Source of the DNA: Octopus vulgaris
Taxonomy: Eukaryota
Length of the DNA: 64,000 bases
Assembly (NCBI GenBank): GCA_951406725.2
Contig: OX597815.1
Coordinates: forward strand, 102,424,001-102,488,000
Direction: 5' to 3'
Both the position numbers and the translations under genes were made by a program. Shown in pieces: positions 11,666-23,890 of this stretch. The notes beneath the pieces were generated by a model. It saw nothing but the letters and a program-made list of their open reading frames with translations, searched no databases and was not told the DNA's origin. The first letter of the stretch is position 1, and each line of letters starts with the position of its first letter.

Positions 11666-13329
11666 GGATAAGCAATTAAAAAAAAAAAAAAAAAAAGGCG
11701 TGCTAAAATGTGGAGTAAATTTAATAGAATATTTCTGGTGGTTACTCGGCACTGTTGATGGGGAGCGATGTTGTGGAAGATGCCGAATACATGATCCACA
11801 CTACAAATATCGATAGTTTCTGAATAACAGTTTCTCAATTAACAGTGAGTCCCATTGTAAATCTAGCAAGTTTGCAAAGAAATGAAAAAAATTAGTTACG
11901 ATGATACTCATGCCTTTGAAACGAAAAAAGAAACATAATTTATATTTACCGATGATTTTCCTGTTCGATGAACTATCGTTAATAATCGCATGAAAATTAT
12001 CAGGCTGGTTTTAAATATTATTGCGGATTTTAATTAAAGCTGTAAAGCAGTACATTTCAACTTGGAATAAATTCTATTAATCGTGATAATAACCATTAGA
12101 AGCCACACTTTTTGCCAACCATTCTATTTATTTCAGTATCATATAAATTCTGAAGTCCTGATAATAAGGAATTCTTCGAAAACGTTTCGAGTAACTGTTT
12201 GGTTGTTGTAAACTTCTTTTTGAAGAAAGTTATTGATATGTTTGAAAAAGTGGTAGACGGTCGGAGGAAGATGTAGAAAGTAAGCAGAATGATGTAGGGA
12301 TTTATAACCTAGTCAATATATTTCTACAGTTATTTGTATGACATGTGGTCGACGCCATTTTGGGTAAGAGTTGCTTGTTTTCCTGGTAAGACATCTCTAC
12401 TATTTTGGTTTCGGCATGATCTAATAAATAATAGTGGAGGATTCCACTTTCCGACCACCAAAATCCGTCTGTCATATCTTCAATGTAAACAGCTCAATTA
12501 CTGTAAGAGATTTCGCATCAAAAGAACAAGTTGGAAGCTATAAGAAATTTATATGGGGAAGAAATAATAAATTTCAAGAATTTAAATGGTGCTATAATTT
12601 GGGCTGAGTTTCTACAAGATATAATGAACAAGAGCAATAGGTAATAAATGCCGTAGTACTGGAAAAAAGTCTGAAGAAAAATCTAGGACCAAATTTTATA
12701 TAATAGCTGTATTATATAGTTCTACTTTCACCATATAAAGAAAACATAGGGTCACATTATATCCTCCAGATTGCCTCGAAGTACTAGATTCACCAAAATG
12801 GCCAAAGAATCTAGAATAAAATTAATGTATTAATTGGGACATCAAGTATAAAAAGATATTTTGGATGCCTCTGTATTGTATCAAAATGGAAGTAGGAAGT
12901 ATGGAGCTATGTAGAACAACAACTTGTAAACAAACTGTGAGATTCATAAAAGCAAAATGTTACCTGAAAATTAAGAAATTATGGCAAAAGATAAGTTGTT
13001 GTCGTCGTTGTTTGGTCTCAGACCAGACTTGATAGAATACTCCTTTCATTCTTTGCACCTACGATGAACCATGGGCACCGGTTATGTCGCCTTATTCATT
13101 GAACACTTTGAAGTCTAAATTATCGCCGATTTCATTTGTCGATCCTTAAGTTACATCTCAACACGATTGATACCACTTCACTTTTTCTTCTTCACTTTCC
13201 ACTTACATAAAAATTCCCTTTTCTCTTTCTTTGAATTCTTCCGGCTTCACAAAGGCTGCATCAGAATCTCTGATTTCATTTCCAAGTCGAAGCAAATGAA
13301 TTATTTTTCACTCTTACGAGAGTACCCAC

Positions 13330-13520
13330 AGCAACTCGTTGACACTGCCCGCCATCCAGTCCTATCTCGCAGCAGTATTGCCGCACTCATTTCACGTACA
13401 CACTTTCTTAAGGTTCAAATTCCCTCCTCCGTCACTCTCCATCCTGCTATTCGTCTGCCTAAGCAAATCTTTCTACGCAATATTAGCAGCATCTGAGTCA
13501 GTTAGGGAGCTGCTATCTAG
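13330..13520 (-). mobile_element. RTE-like LINE ORF end, decayed
   Basis: Minus-strand LRDRTGWRAV resembles the terminal DRxxWR motif of RTE ORFs. Confidence 0.4.
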
Positions 13521-14680
13521 TTACTTGACCTGCAAAAATTAGCAACCAAGTCTTCTTTAAATTACACGCTACTGTTTTAAGAAAAGAAGACCTTGCATAA
13601 TGTGGTCCTGAGTACTCTGCATATAAGTAAAAGGAATGATCACGACTGGAATGTCTTTGATTACAGGTCTGCTCTGCTATGACTGACCTGGGATCAAACC
13701 TATTGCTTCGCAATCATCTTAAAGACAATGCCGCCCTCATAAATTAAAAATAAGTAAAAACACAAAAATAACAGTAATATTAAAAAACTTTATTTGTCTC
13801 ATCAAACACTGTACTGGGGATAAAAACATCCAAATCGTAGGAACAGAGCAACTGCCAGGCTCTGACTTAATTGGCTCAAAGAATAAATGCAATCTGTCTA
13901 TCTATCTTTAATGGGGGAAGTTGCGTTGATGAATAAGGCTGGTTTGAATTCCAATATACGTGTGCGTGTAGATAAAGAAATAGAAAAACCAGGAGGATAA
14001 AATGTGACGATGTATTCAACCCGTTAAAGAGAATTAACATGGCAAAGATGTTGAGATACATCTTGAAAGAACGGTCAGAATATATATATACACAATGGTT
14101 TTAACATGCACTTGGTACATAATAATGATGTATGCGATGTAGAATAGGAAAACAAATACATAACAAAACTTCTGTTGGCAGACAGGAATAAGCGTATGCA
14201 TCAAAGGCACACCGGAGCAGGCATTGTCAAAAATGCATTGCAGAGCTTGAAATAAATTTGTTTCGTTGCAATGAATTTATTGCATTTTATTTTTTTTTTA
14301 CAATAAATTAATTGCATTTTTCTTTCGTCGCAATAAATAATTGCAATTAATTGCAATAAATTGCAAAGCTCTCCAGAAAACCCCCTTGTAAAATTTTTAC
14401 GCATCCAAAAGTGTCATTTTTTGCAAAAATAACAATACATTTCTAAGGAAAACTCTACTTTCTCAATTTTGATTGATCTATTTCTTTGCTGTCCGAAAGA
14501 TGTTTGGATCACCCGAAATTTTCTAAAAATTCTTACACCGCCTGCCAGAATGACAAAATCGATCACCAATGACCTAGGATGGAGAAACATGCCTACAACA
14601 CTCCCCTTAGGGCCCATACCACCCAAATCAAGACAGAAAAATATATGAATGGAAAAAGGATGGTTTCATACTATTAGCAA

Positions 14681-15646
14681 TTAAAATGAGTATGCATTTA
14701 ACAATTTACATGAGGGGATTGGATGAAAGATACGCGAAACAAGTTCGTTATCCCAAAGATGGTCATTTAGAGTTAAAAACAGTTGCCTCTCCAGATTTAC
14801 GGGTGATAATTGATGTCTTGTATCATCGAAGGCATTCGCTGCTACACTGAAGAACCTTTCAACCAAGTTAGTCATTGGCAAAATGAATGTTGTATTAATA
14901 TAACGTGGTTGGCTGGAACTCATCTTGCTTCGACGCTTTTTGAGGACCTTGCAAGCGAAGTTGTCTGATTCATCGTCCAAAACCGTTTCTTGTTCTGGTG
15001 TACTGGGCAGCTTTAAGCTTACAATAGATTCCTTTTCATCTGCAGTCAGCTCAGTGGCTTTTTGACTTTGTATTTTTACCACAGACTTCTCGAACAAAGG
15101 GAATTGGACGATTTCTGCGTCGGCGCTGAGATATTTCTGCATGGAGGGGTATAGTTAGATCGTTTTGTCGAAGAAGCATCGGACGTCAGCCAGGGTCATA
15201 TCTTCTCGCTGAAGAGCTGATGTGACTGAGTTAAGCGTTTTTAGATGTGAGTGGAGTTGAGATAGCTGCGAACTTACTCTGGCAGTTAGAATAAAGTCCA
15301 TTAGTTGGTTATTGTCCGCAAAACAAGGTTGTAAAAGAAAGGATTTTAACTGTTCATAACGGTCGACCATTTTGGCAGTGTTAGACCATCTCGTATCATT
15401 CTTCGTAACAGGTCGAAGAGTTGTGAAAGTCAATAGGAGCCCGGCCAGTTTTAGCGTTTTTAGTCTGGCCATCAAGGTGTTGGGTTTTTTCCAACAATTC
15501 CTTGTGGGGTTTAAGAAAATCCATGACAGCGAGGTTGAAGCGGTGAGATACACATCCAACTAATAGTAGATTGCATATTCTCACCAAGGCCTTATTCACT
15601 TCGGCATTGTCGCCGCATATTGCGGTAACATTAGCAAATGTCTTAT
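14681..15646 (-). pseudogene. hAT transposase, C-terminal portion, frameshifted
   Basis: GDNAEVN (catalytic D), GCVSHRFNLAV (CxxH), TRWS, PMTNLVERFFS (catalytic E), RHQLSPVNLERQLFL, split over three frames. Confidence 0.9.
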
Positions 15647-15648
15647 TA

Positions 15649-16305
15649 CACAATGTAACACATGTTTTGTTTTGTATTTTTTTAATGTTCATATATGCAT
15701 TTTTTGCCACTAAATTAAAAAAATCACATTCGTTTTGACGTAACATCGATAGTTATTTATTTATTCCTAATTTCATATTTGCTCGTTATATTTGTAACTT
15801 TTCTCTACAGCACTTTGTTGGTTCAATCTATTCTGTATTGTAAAGATATTTACACAACATTTAGTACTTTTTCATAAATTGAAAAGTATTTAGGAAGTAT
15901 AATATTAGTTAGAACAAAATGAAACAATAAAGCTCTGCACTGTAAATGCCTTGATAACTCTTTTCTTAAGATGAGAAATGCTTTGATGATCGAGATTTTC
16001 TGGAGTGTATACGTTCATCTCTTCTGACTAGAGACCATATATAATCTCCCATCATAGCAGTATTCCATCGTCCTTGGTATCTTCTTTCCATAGTTGCGTT
16101 TCCAGTACACAGATGAAAGTTCAGCTCTTGACTTAGTAAGACCCAAATCCCTGATTAAATCATCTAGCTCACTCTGATTTGGAAAGTGAGGCGCTGAAGT
16201 CGTTCTTGGTACGAAAGCTTCCTCCATTTCTTGGCTGCTGCTACTTGTTGACTCTTCAGATGAAATATTTTCTGGTGTTAGTGGTACTCGTAAATTTGAC
16301 AATCT
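15649..16305 (-). mobile_element. Nested, internally deleted DNA transposon of a different family
   Basis: PHFPNQSELDDLIRDLGLTKSRAEL is joined almost directly to TMERRYQGRWNTAMMGDYIWSL; candidate terminus TA|cacaatgtaaca at 15647-15660. Confidence 0.7.
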
Positions 16306-17187
16306 TCTGGGAATCCACGGACACGGTTGTGATCAGAACGGGTAAATACGTTGTGGTGTTTGTGGTGTTATGGGCTGTGATGAGCTTTGTAGTGTTGATG
16401 GAGAGGGCTGCAGATGAGGTAAATAGAAGTGAAGACTGCATGGGTCGGCGGAAGATCCACGGGGGCATGCGTGGGCAAAAAGCACGTGGGGCAGTTCGAT
16501 GAGAGACGGGTGTGTGCAAGGACGTGTTTTCCCCTTGACAGTGATCGCTCATCCCGCCTAGGTCAACAGGTAAGGGCTATGTATTTCTTTCTCCTTTTTG
16601 CTTCTTTTTCTGTTGTCTTTTTCCTCCATCACACTACAAACGTCGAGTGAGTGCGAGAACGGCCAAGCTCAATTGTCTCATGAGCCAATCAGCTGTCACG
16701 TGATACATGTGTGCACACAATACGCGTGCATGCAACCTTGAGGCATAAGGCTTGGTGGACGCACGCACGCGCTCGCATGCAATGCCTATGCGCGTAAGGA
16801 ATTGGTCAGTTCTCCCACGCTTGCAATTAATTGCAATCTTCGCAATAAATTATTGCAATAATCGTAGCTTCGCAATAAATTATTGCAATTGAAAAGAGCT
16901 TATCAGTAAATTAATTTATTGCAATTATTGCAATTAATTTTTGACCAATTGATTTTTGACAAGCCCTGCACCGGAGGCTGCCTGCGAAATAAACTTGCTG
17001 TCTGCCGAAGATCCGAACTCGATCGTGCAAACCCACCTCGCTGAAGAAATTACGGGAAAGGCTTCCTTATATAGCTCCGAGTAGGCTTATAAATTTCAGG
17101 CGCTCAGCTGGTCTGTCGGGTGATGGGATGGAGAGCCAGAAGGGCTAGATCGATGTGTGACCAGGTTATGTGAGTACTTGCAGAAAA

Positions 17188-17217
17188 CAAGCACACTATG
17201 AACATGCTTCTGATACA

Positions 17218-17291
<74 letters not shown>

Positions 17292-17320
17292 GAAAAATAA
17301 CCCCAGACAGACAGACAGAC

Positions 17321-17402
<82 letters not shown>

Positions 17403-17430
17403 TATCAGAAGCATGTTCATAGTGTGCTTG
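17188..17430. repeat. Foldback: perfect 29-bp inverted repeat enclosing (CTAT)n and (ATAG)n
   Basis: caagcacactatgaacatgcttctgatac (17188-17216) is the exact reverse complement of 17402-17430. Confidence 0.95.
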
Positions 17431-17486
17431 ATACAGACAGACGGACAGACTGACAGACAGTCAGGCAGGCAGACAGACAGGCAGGC

Positions 17487-17538
<52 letters not shown>

Positions 17539-18849
17539 GGATGGATAGATAGATGAATAGATACACAGATCATCAACTCTATGAGAAACTTCTTCCTCAC
17601 ACCATCACATAAATGCAAAACTTTTCTCAAAAATAATTCCCAAGAAGTTTGGTATTTAATTTTAAGCCAGTTCTCATTTAATTACTTCACGCAAAACGGA
17701 AGACTTCTGAAGTGTAATGATTTGTAGGTACGTGGTATTTCGCTATGCAACCACAATATACTATAAATTATATTAAATGTTTCTATAAGGTAATACCTAA
17801 ATGTGTATTGTATTTGCGAACAATTCTTTAATTTTCTGGAATTAAATTAACGAGAAACAATTTTGTGTTTACACCGCTTAATATCTGTTGTTATCAGCTT
17901 ACACCGGTAAACATTGTTCGACTGTTTGCTATCTAAATCTCGTTACGTGGAAGATAATTCACATGTAATTAATATTTTTTTTAAAGAACAAATTATTATT
18001 TCAAAGTAGCTGTTCATAGAAGATAAATAGAAAACAATATCCATTTTATCAGACACATATGTACCACACTTAACTGGAAATCTTGCGGAGTCAAAACCAT
18101 ATTGTTTATGTCAAGATTCTGCCAGGTAAATGCGATGTTCGTGATACAGTCTAGGATTCCGACGTAAAAAGTGAAAGTAAATTATCCTAAGAAAAAAAAA
18201 AAAAATTAAAATTACACCTTTCGACCCTCTCCCTTCTGTTCACTCTGTTTCTGTTTGTGTTGTATCATCGATTGAATTAAGTTTTTCTCAGAATCAATAC
18301 ACTACTAGCTTTATTCAACAAGCAACTTTAGATAGTGTAAATGCTTTCACAAGATCGCATGTATACACACATTAACAGAGGCATACATATCCGATTACTT
18401 GTACACGGGGTCATAATGATGCAGATATAAAATAAATCTCACAGACGCATACACAACTCAAGCACACATAATTGACAATATACTCATATGAACACACATG
18501 GTGATACGTAAACACATGGTCAAGACATTCCAGCAATAGGGGTATGATTTAGAAGAAATTTGGCTGCTATTTCCAATTGGTAAACCACTTATCGAGTCTA
18601 GTAATATCCTAGAGTTTATTTAATTGACAGTGCCCCACCTCTCACAACAGCTAGACATAGGAATGGTATGCGAGCGACAATATTTCTGTAGATAACACAT
18701 GGTTCGTGTTTCGTAATACGTCCGTTCATTGAACATTGATCAAGGGCTTATACAGTAATGTGGTTTCATAAATAAGAAAAGAGAAAATAAGTGAGATCCA
18801 GGTTTGAATCGAACGCACAACGTCTGTTAAAAGCTCAGTTATTTAATGG

Positions 18850-19070
18850 TTACGTCATCACCTGTTTTTTTTTATTCCTTAATATAATGCCAAATACAAA
18901 CAAACAGTTAAAATAAAGAATTTGAATGGATAGAAAACGAGAAGTTAGCTGAGGAAAGAAGTAATAAATGTTTAAAGAAAATATAAAACAAAGTGTGTAA
19001 AAAAAAATTATGAATACATTTTAAAATTTTATGTAGTCTAGCACTCGACCTTTTCAAGTTTCAGGAAGTG
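18850..19070 (+). promoter_or_regulatory. Candidate promoter region at the left edge of the CpG-depleted domain
   Basis: CRE/ATF-like ttacgtca (18850-18857) and ETS-like caggaagtg (19062-19070); supported by position only. Confidence 0.25.
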
Positions 19071-19504
19071 AAAAAACAAACTGAAAACAAACGTAGAAAA
19101 TTAAGCTTTGTACTTCCTTTATTAACATTTCTTTTTTATTCAAAAGACAAAAAAAGAAAGAAAAAGAAAAACGTAATAATGTATTTTTTTCCACATACCC
19201 AGTGTCATATTATATAAAGCTTAATTTCCTTTTTTAATTTTGTTACTTTTTTGTAGCCTGAAACTATATTATATTAAGCTAAATGGAATGATATAGTGTG
19301 CGTGGACACATTTCAAAAGGTACATGTCTTACTGTTTTATTTTTAAGATTTAAAAAAAATATATTTATATACATATAATTATAATAATTTTAATTAAAAA
19401 ATCTTTCTTCATGAATATGTATATATGTATGTATGTGTGTGTGTGAGTCTTTTATCTTTTAGTGGTTTAAGCCAGTGCATGTAGCCATGTTGGAGAATCT
19501 TCAT

Positions 19505-19870
19505 TAGTATTATTGCTGGTTTACCTCAAATTCATGGTGAAGCAGTGAGCCATCATAGTGACACGGGCTCATCCAACATCTCAGGTAAAAATTTGTCCAT
19601 ATGTTCCTTCGACATTTCCTCACAGATCTCTCAGGCCCCTCCCTGGCAAAGTACTGAGAAGTTGTAGGTTCCTGAACCCCAAGCTTCCATAGTACATTAG
19701 ATGAAGAGCGAAGGACCTCTGGCACCTTATTGTGGAATCCAGCCCATATACATTTCTCTAGGAAGTAGAATCTCATTTCTTCTTGCTTTTCCCAGTAGCT
19801 CATCTGTTACACTGATGTAATCCTCCTAGTGCAGCAGTGCTGGATTGCCTTGAGTTTCACTGTGTGTTTG
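19505..19870 (-). mobile_element. CR1-group LINE 3' fragment
   Basis: MSYWEKQEEMRFYFLEK..IW...EGPE, same signature as ~5300-5450. Confidence 0.6.
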
Positions 19871-20214
19871 ATACTTTGAGATGAACATATTTGGGAGTGG
19901 TGGTAGTCCAGATGACTGAAAACAAATGTTCTCCATAGGATAAACAATTTGCTTTTTCCTTGTTCTGAATGATCTCAGAATCCAAACAGCTATCATTGTT
20001 GATATCTTAGTAAAATGTACAAGGAATGATGCATTATCACCCATGTGAACCTGTTGTACCAATCCTGGTATTACAATTGACAATTCACCAACTGTAATAG
20101 CAGGATTGTAATAACTTCTACCCCTTGGTACTCTAATTAAAATCTCTTTGTGGACCATTAATAGGGTACTTTAGGTTTCTCTGCATGTTGTTCTCTTCAG
20201 CCTGCTTGTTTTGT

Positions 20215-20580
20215 GCCATGCTTCTGTGCTTGTTTTGGCATGGTTTTTATGGGTGGATGCCCTTCCTAACACCAACCACTCTGTAGAGTGGGCTGAGTGC
20301 TTTTTACATAGCACTCACACACGCATGGTCAGTTTTGGCATGGCTTTTACAGCTGGATGCCCTTCCAAATGCCCACCCTTTACAGTGTGGACTGGGTGCT
20401 TTTTAAGTGGCACCTGCACTAGTGGGGTCACTGAGTAACTTTGCAAGACAAAATGTCTTTGAGTGGAGAGGGGGCATTGGAGGAGCCGATCTTCTGTCAG
20501 ATGATGAAAGATTAGAGTGTGACAGAGAGGCAGAAACAGATGACTTGCTGTAGAGGAGGTCCATGGTTACCCAGCCACTG
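20215..20580 (-). mobile_element. RTE-derived 3' UTR fragments
   Basis: ggatgcccttcctaacaccaaccact motif, repeated and shared with other RTE tails in the window. Confidence 0.6.
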
Positions 20581-20869
20581 AGAGGGAGAGAGAGAAAAGA
20601 AAGAAAGTGAGTGTTAACTAGAATGAGGGCAGAAACAGTTACCTAGAGAGAGAGTGGTAGTTATATATGTAAATGTTGAATGATGAGAATGAGTGTTCAA
20701 TACCGCATTGGCGGATAGAATTTCTTTATTTATGTATTGAAGCTACCATTGGTTCCATGTTGAGAAAAATATCTTAATACCTAAACAATTTTTCAAGATG
20801 ATTGCATAGGGGAACAGTGTTCATCTCCATTTTGGATGAAAACACAAAATCTCTTGAATTCACAGAAAG

Positions 20870-21126
20870 TCACGCTCAGATGGTGTTTGTTACGTGCCCT
20901 CAGCACGGAGGCCAGTCGATGTGGTACTGGCTACAGCCACGTTCGGATGGTTTTCTTATGTGCCACCGGCACTGGTACCACAAGGATACAAATTCCATTG
21001 ATGTTCATCTATTTTGATCTGCCAGATCTGACTGGCCTGGTGCAGCCTTCGGGCTTGCCAGACCCCAGTTGAACCGTCCAACCCATGCTAGCATGGAAAG
21101 CGGATGTTAAACGATGATGATGATGA
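20870..21126 (+). mobile_element. RTE LINE 3' end with (GAT)n tail
   Basis: ccatgctagcatggaaagcggatgttaaacgatgatgatg. Confidence 0.85.
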
Positions 21127-23217
21127 TCATCATCATCATCGTTTAACGTCCGCTTTCCATGTTAGCATGGGATGGACGATTTGACTGAGGCTGCACCAGA
21201 CTCCAGTCTGATCTGGCAGAGTTTCTACAGCTGGATGCCCTTCCTAATGCCAACCACTCTGAGAGTGTAGTGGATGCTTTTACATGCCACCGGCATGAGG
21301 GCCAGTCAGGTGGTACTGGCAGTGGCCACGCTCAAATGGTGCTTTTTATGTGCCACCTGCAGAGGAGCCAGTCCATTGTCACTGGCAACGACCTCGCTCA
21401 AATGTTTTTTCACATGCCACCAGCACAAATGCTAGTAAGGCGATGCAGGTAACAATCATGCTCGAATGGTGTTTTTAACGTGCCATCGACACGGAGGCCA
21501 GCTTGTTGCTCTGGCCATGATCTCACTCATATGGTACTCTTAGCGCTCCACTAGCAAGGATGCCGGTCATCGAATTTGATTTCGATTTCACTTGCCTCAA
21601 CAAGTCTTCGCAGGCAGAGTTTAGTGTCCAATGAAGGAAAGCCACACATAAGTGGACTGGTTACATCCGTGGCGTAGTCCACAAGGTTATGGTCTCACTT
21701 GCGCTTGCTGAGTCATCTCAAGCACAGCATATTTCCCGAGGTCCCGGTCACTAGTCATTGCCTTGGTGAGGCCCAGTGTTTGAAGGTCATGCTTCACCAC
21801 CTCATCCCAGGTCTTCCCGGGTCTGCCTCTTCTACAGGTTCCCTCAACTGCTAGGGCGTGGCACTTTTTCACACAGCTATCCACATCCATTCTTGTCATA
21901 TGACCATACCAGCGCAGTCATCTCTCTTGCACACCACATCTGATGCTTCTTAGGTCCAACCTTTCTCTCAAGGCACTAACAGTCTGTCGAGTATGCACAC
22001 TAACATTACACATTCATCAGAACATGCTGGCTTCATTCTTTGCGAGCTTATGCATGTCCTCAGCAGTCGTGGGCCATGTTTCACTGCTATGTAGCATGGC
22101 TGTTCATACACATGCGTCGTACAATCTACCTTTTATTCTGAGCGAGAGGCCCTTTGTCACCACTTGAAACTTCTCCTCTAGTTCTGATAGTGACTCAGCA
22201 TATAGGAGCTCCCAGGGGCATCCTGCTTTGAATTCCTCCGTTATTGCCTGGAGGACTATGATAAATAGGAAGGGGGCTGAGAACTGAACCTTGGTGGACT
22301 CCTACCTCTACCCTGAATTCTTCACTGTACCTGTTGCAACCCTCACCTTACTGACAGTGACCCTGTACATAGCTTCCACGGCTCTCACTAACCATTCATC
22401 TCTCCCTAGTTTCTTCATTCACCACCAGATAAGGGATCAGGGGACCCTGTCAAAGGATTTCTTCATGTCAACGAAAGCCAGGTACAGGGGCTTATCTTTG
22501 GCTAGGTATTTCTCCTGCAGCTGTCTTACCAGAAATATAGCATCAGTGGTGCTTTTCCTTGGCACGAAACCAAACTGCATCTCATCTAAACTGACTCTCT
22601 CCCTAATTAGTTGGGCTATGACCCTCTCCATGATCTTCATTACCTGATCCAACAGCTTGATACTTCTGTAATTATTTGTATCTAAAGCGTCACCTTTACC
22701 TTTGTAGCGGTTGACTATTATGCTGCTACACCAGTCATTTGGTATGACTCCTTTGTGTATCACCTGGTTAACTATACAGGTGATCAGGCTATAGCTGACA
22801 CTGCCAGATATTTTGAGCATCTCTACAGTAATTCCTGATGGGCCGGGGGCTTTCCCTGTCTTCATACTTTTAATTGCTTTATCTACCAAGATACTGTCAA
22901 CTTGGATAGCTGGTCCCTCTGTTGGGTTGACATTTGGCAGACTCTCTCCCATTCATTTAATTTATTCAGCAACCTTTCATAGTGGCGTCTCCAAACCTCT
23001 CTCTTTGCAGCCCCATTTAGTGCAAGAGAACCATCATCCATGCGGACACACTTCTCTCCTACAACATCATGATTCTCTCTCCCACACTGTCTTGCAACAT
23101 GAAATACCACAAGTCTTTGATCCTCACGGTGCAGAACATTGGCAAATTTTTTCTTATCTGCTTCCCCTCTGGCTAAATAAACCTGTCTCCTAGCTTCTCT
23201 TCTGGCAGTCTGAGCTT
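21127..23217 (-). mobile_element. RTE-clade LINE, 5'-truncated with internal deletion
   Basis: KAPGPSGITVEMLK, YKGKGDALDTNNYRSIKLL, QFGFVPRKSTTDAIFLVRQLQEKY, AFVDMKKSFDRVP, RRGRPGKTWDEVVKHDL; tail at 21127. Confidence 0.93.
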
Positions 23218-23890
23218 TGGACACACAAGAGGTATAGTGGTATTACAAGAAGCTTAACAGAGAATATAGCCTTTGTGTTTGACAAATGTGCATGTACAAT
23301 AAGCACTAAAAATGTGCAGACAACAGACTCCCTCAAATGCTCAGCGGGATCATTAGAAGTAGTTGATAGCTTCTGTTACCTAGAAGACCTAGTTAGCAGT
23401 GAAGGGGGAGGTTCTGAAAGTGTAGTTGCTAGAATAAGGATGGGCTGGGAGAAGTTCAGAGAACTTCTACTTATGGTGGTAACTAAGGGCGTCACCCTAG
23501 AGTGAAAGGCAAATTGTATGATGCCTGTGTACATACAGCTGTTACATGGCAGTGGAATATGGGCTTTGACTAGAGAAGATCTGCGAAGGGTTGAAAGAAA
23601 TGAAGCTAGCATGCTCTGCTGGATGGGTAATGTCAGTGTGTATGCATGACAGAGTGTAAATAGTTGAAGAGGAAAACTGGGTATAAGTGGCATTAGATGT
23701 TGTGATGCGTATGGATGGGGACACTTGCGTAAAAGGTAGTGAGCTTTAATTGTGGATAGAACCTGTGGAAGGGGTAGACTCCGGAAGACGTGGGATGAAG
23801 TGGTGAGATAGGATCTTCGGATGCTGGGGCTCACTGAGGAAATGACAAGAGACCAGATGTGGCAATTTGCTGTACTTGAAAAGACACATC
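23218..23890 (+). mobile_element. RTE LINE fragment (RT C-terminal part)
   Basis: LEVVDSFCYLEDLVSSEGGGSESVVARIRMGWEKFRELL...GRGRLRKTWDEVV. Confidence 0.85.

Larger units (their letters stand above)
14218..16968 (-). mobile_element. hAT DNA transposon, non-autonomous, both ends intact
   Basis: Perfect 8-bp TSD caccggag (14210-14217 and 16969-16976); 17-bp TIR caggcattgtcaaaaat vs cagggcttgtcaaaaat (15/17); attgcaat-type subterminal repeats at both ends. Confidence 0.93.

Noticed and set aside
11700-13000. Possible decayed retroelement and a hammerhead-like ctgataa..cgaaaacgtttcg at ~12160-12190
   Set aside because: Motif-like fragments were not in a consistent order and the ribozyme stems could not be closed
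16179-16650. GC-richer ORFs inside the hAT
   Set aside because: They are antisense or 5' non-coding transposon sequence with no recognisable domain
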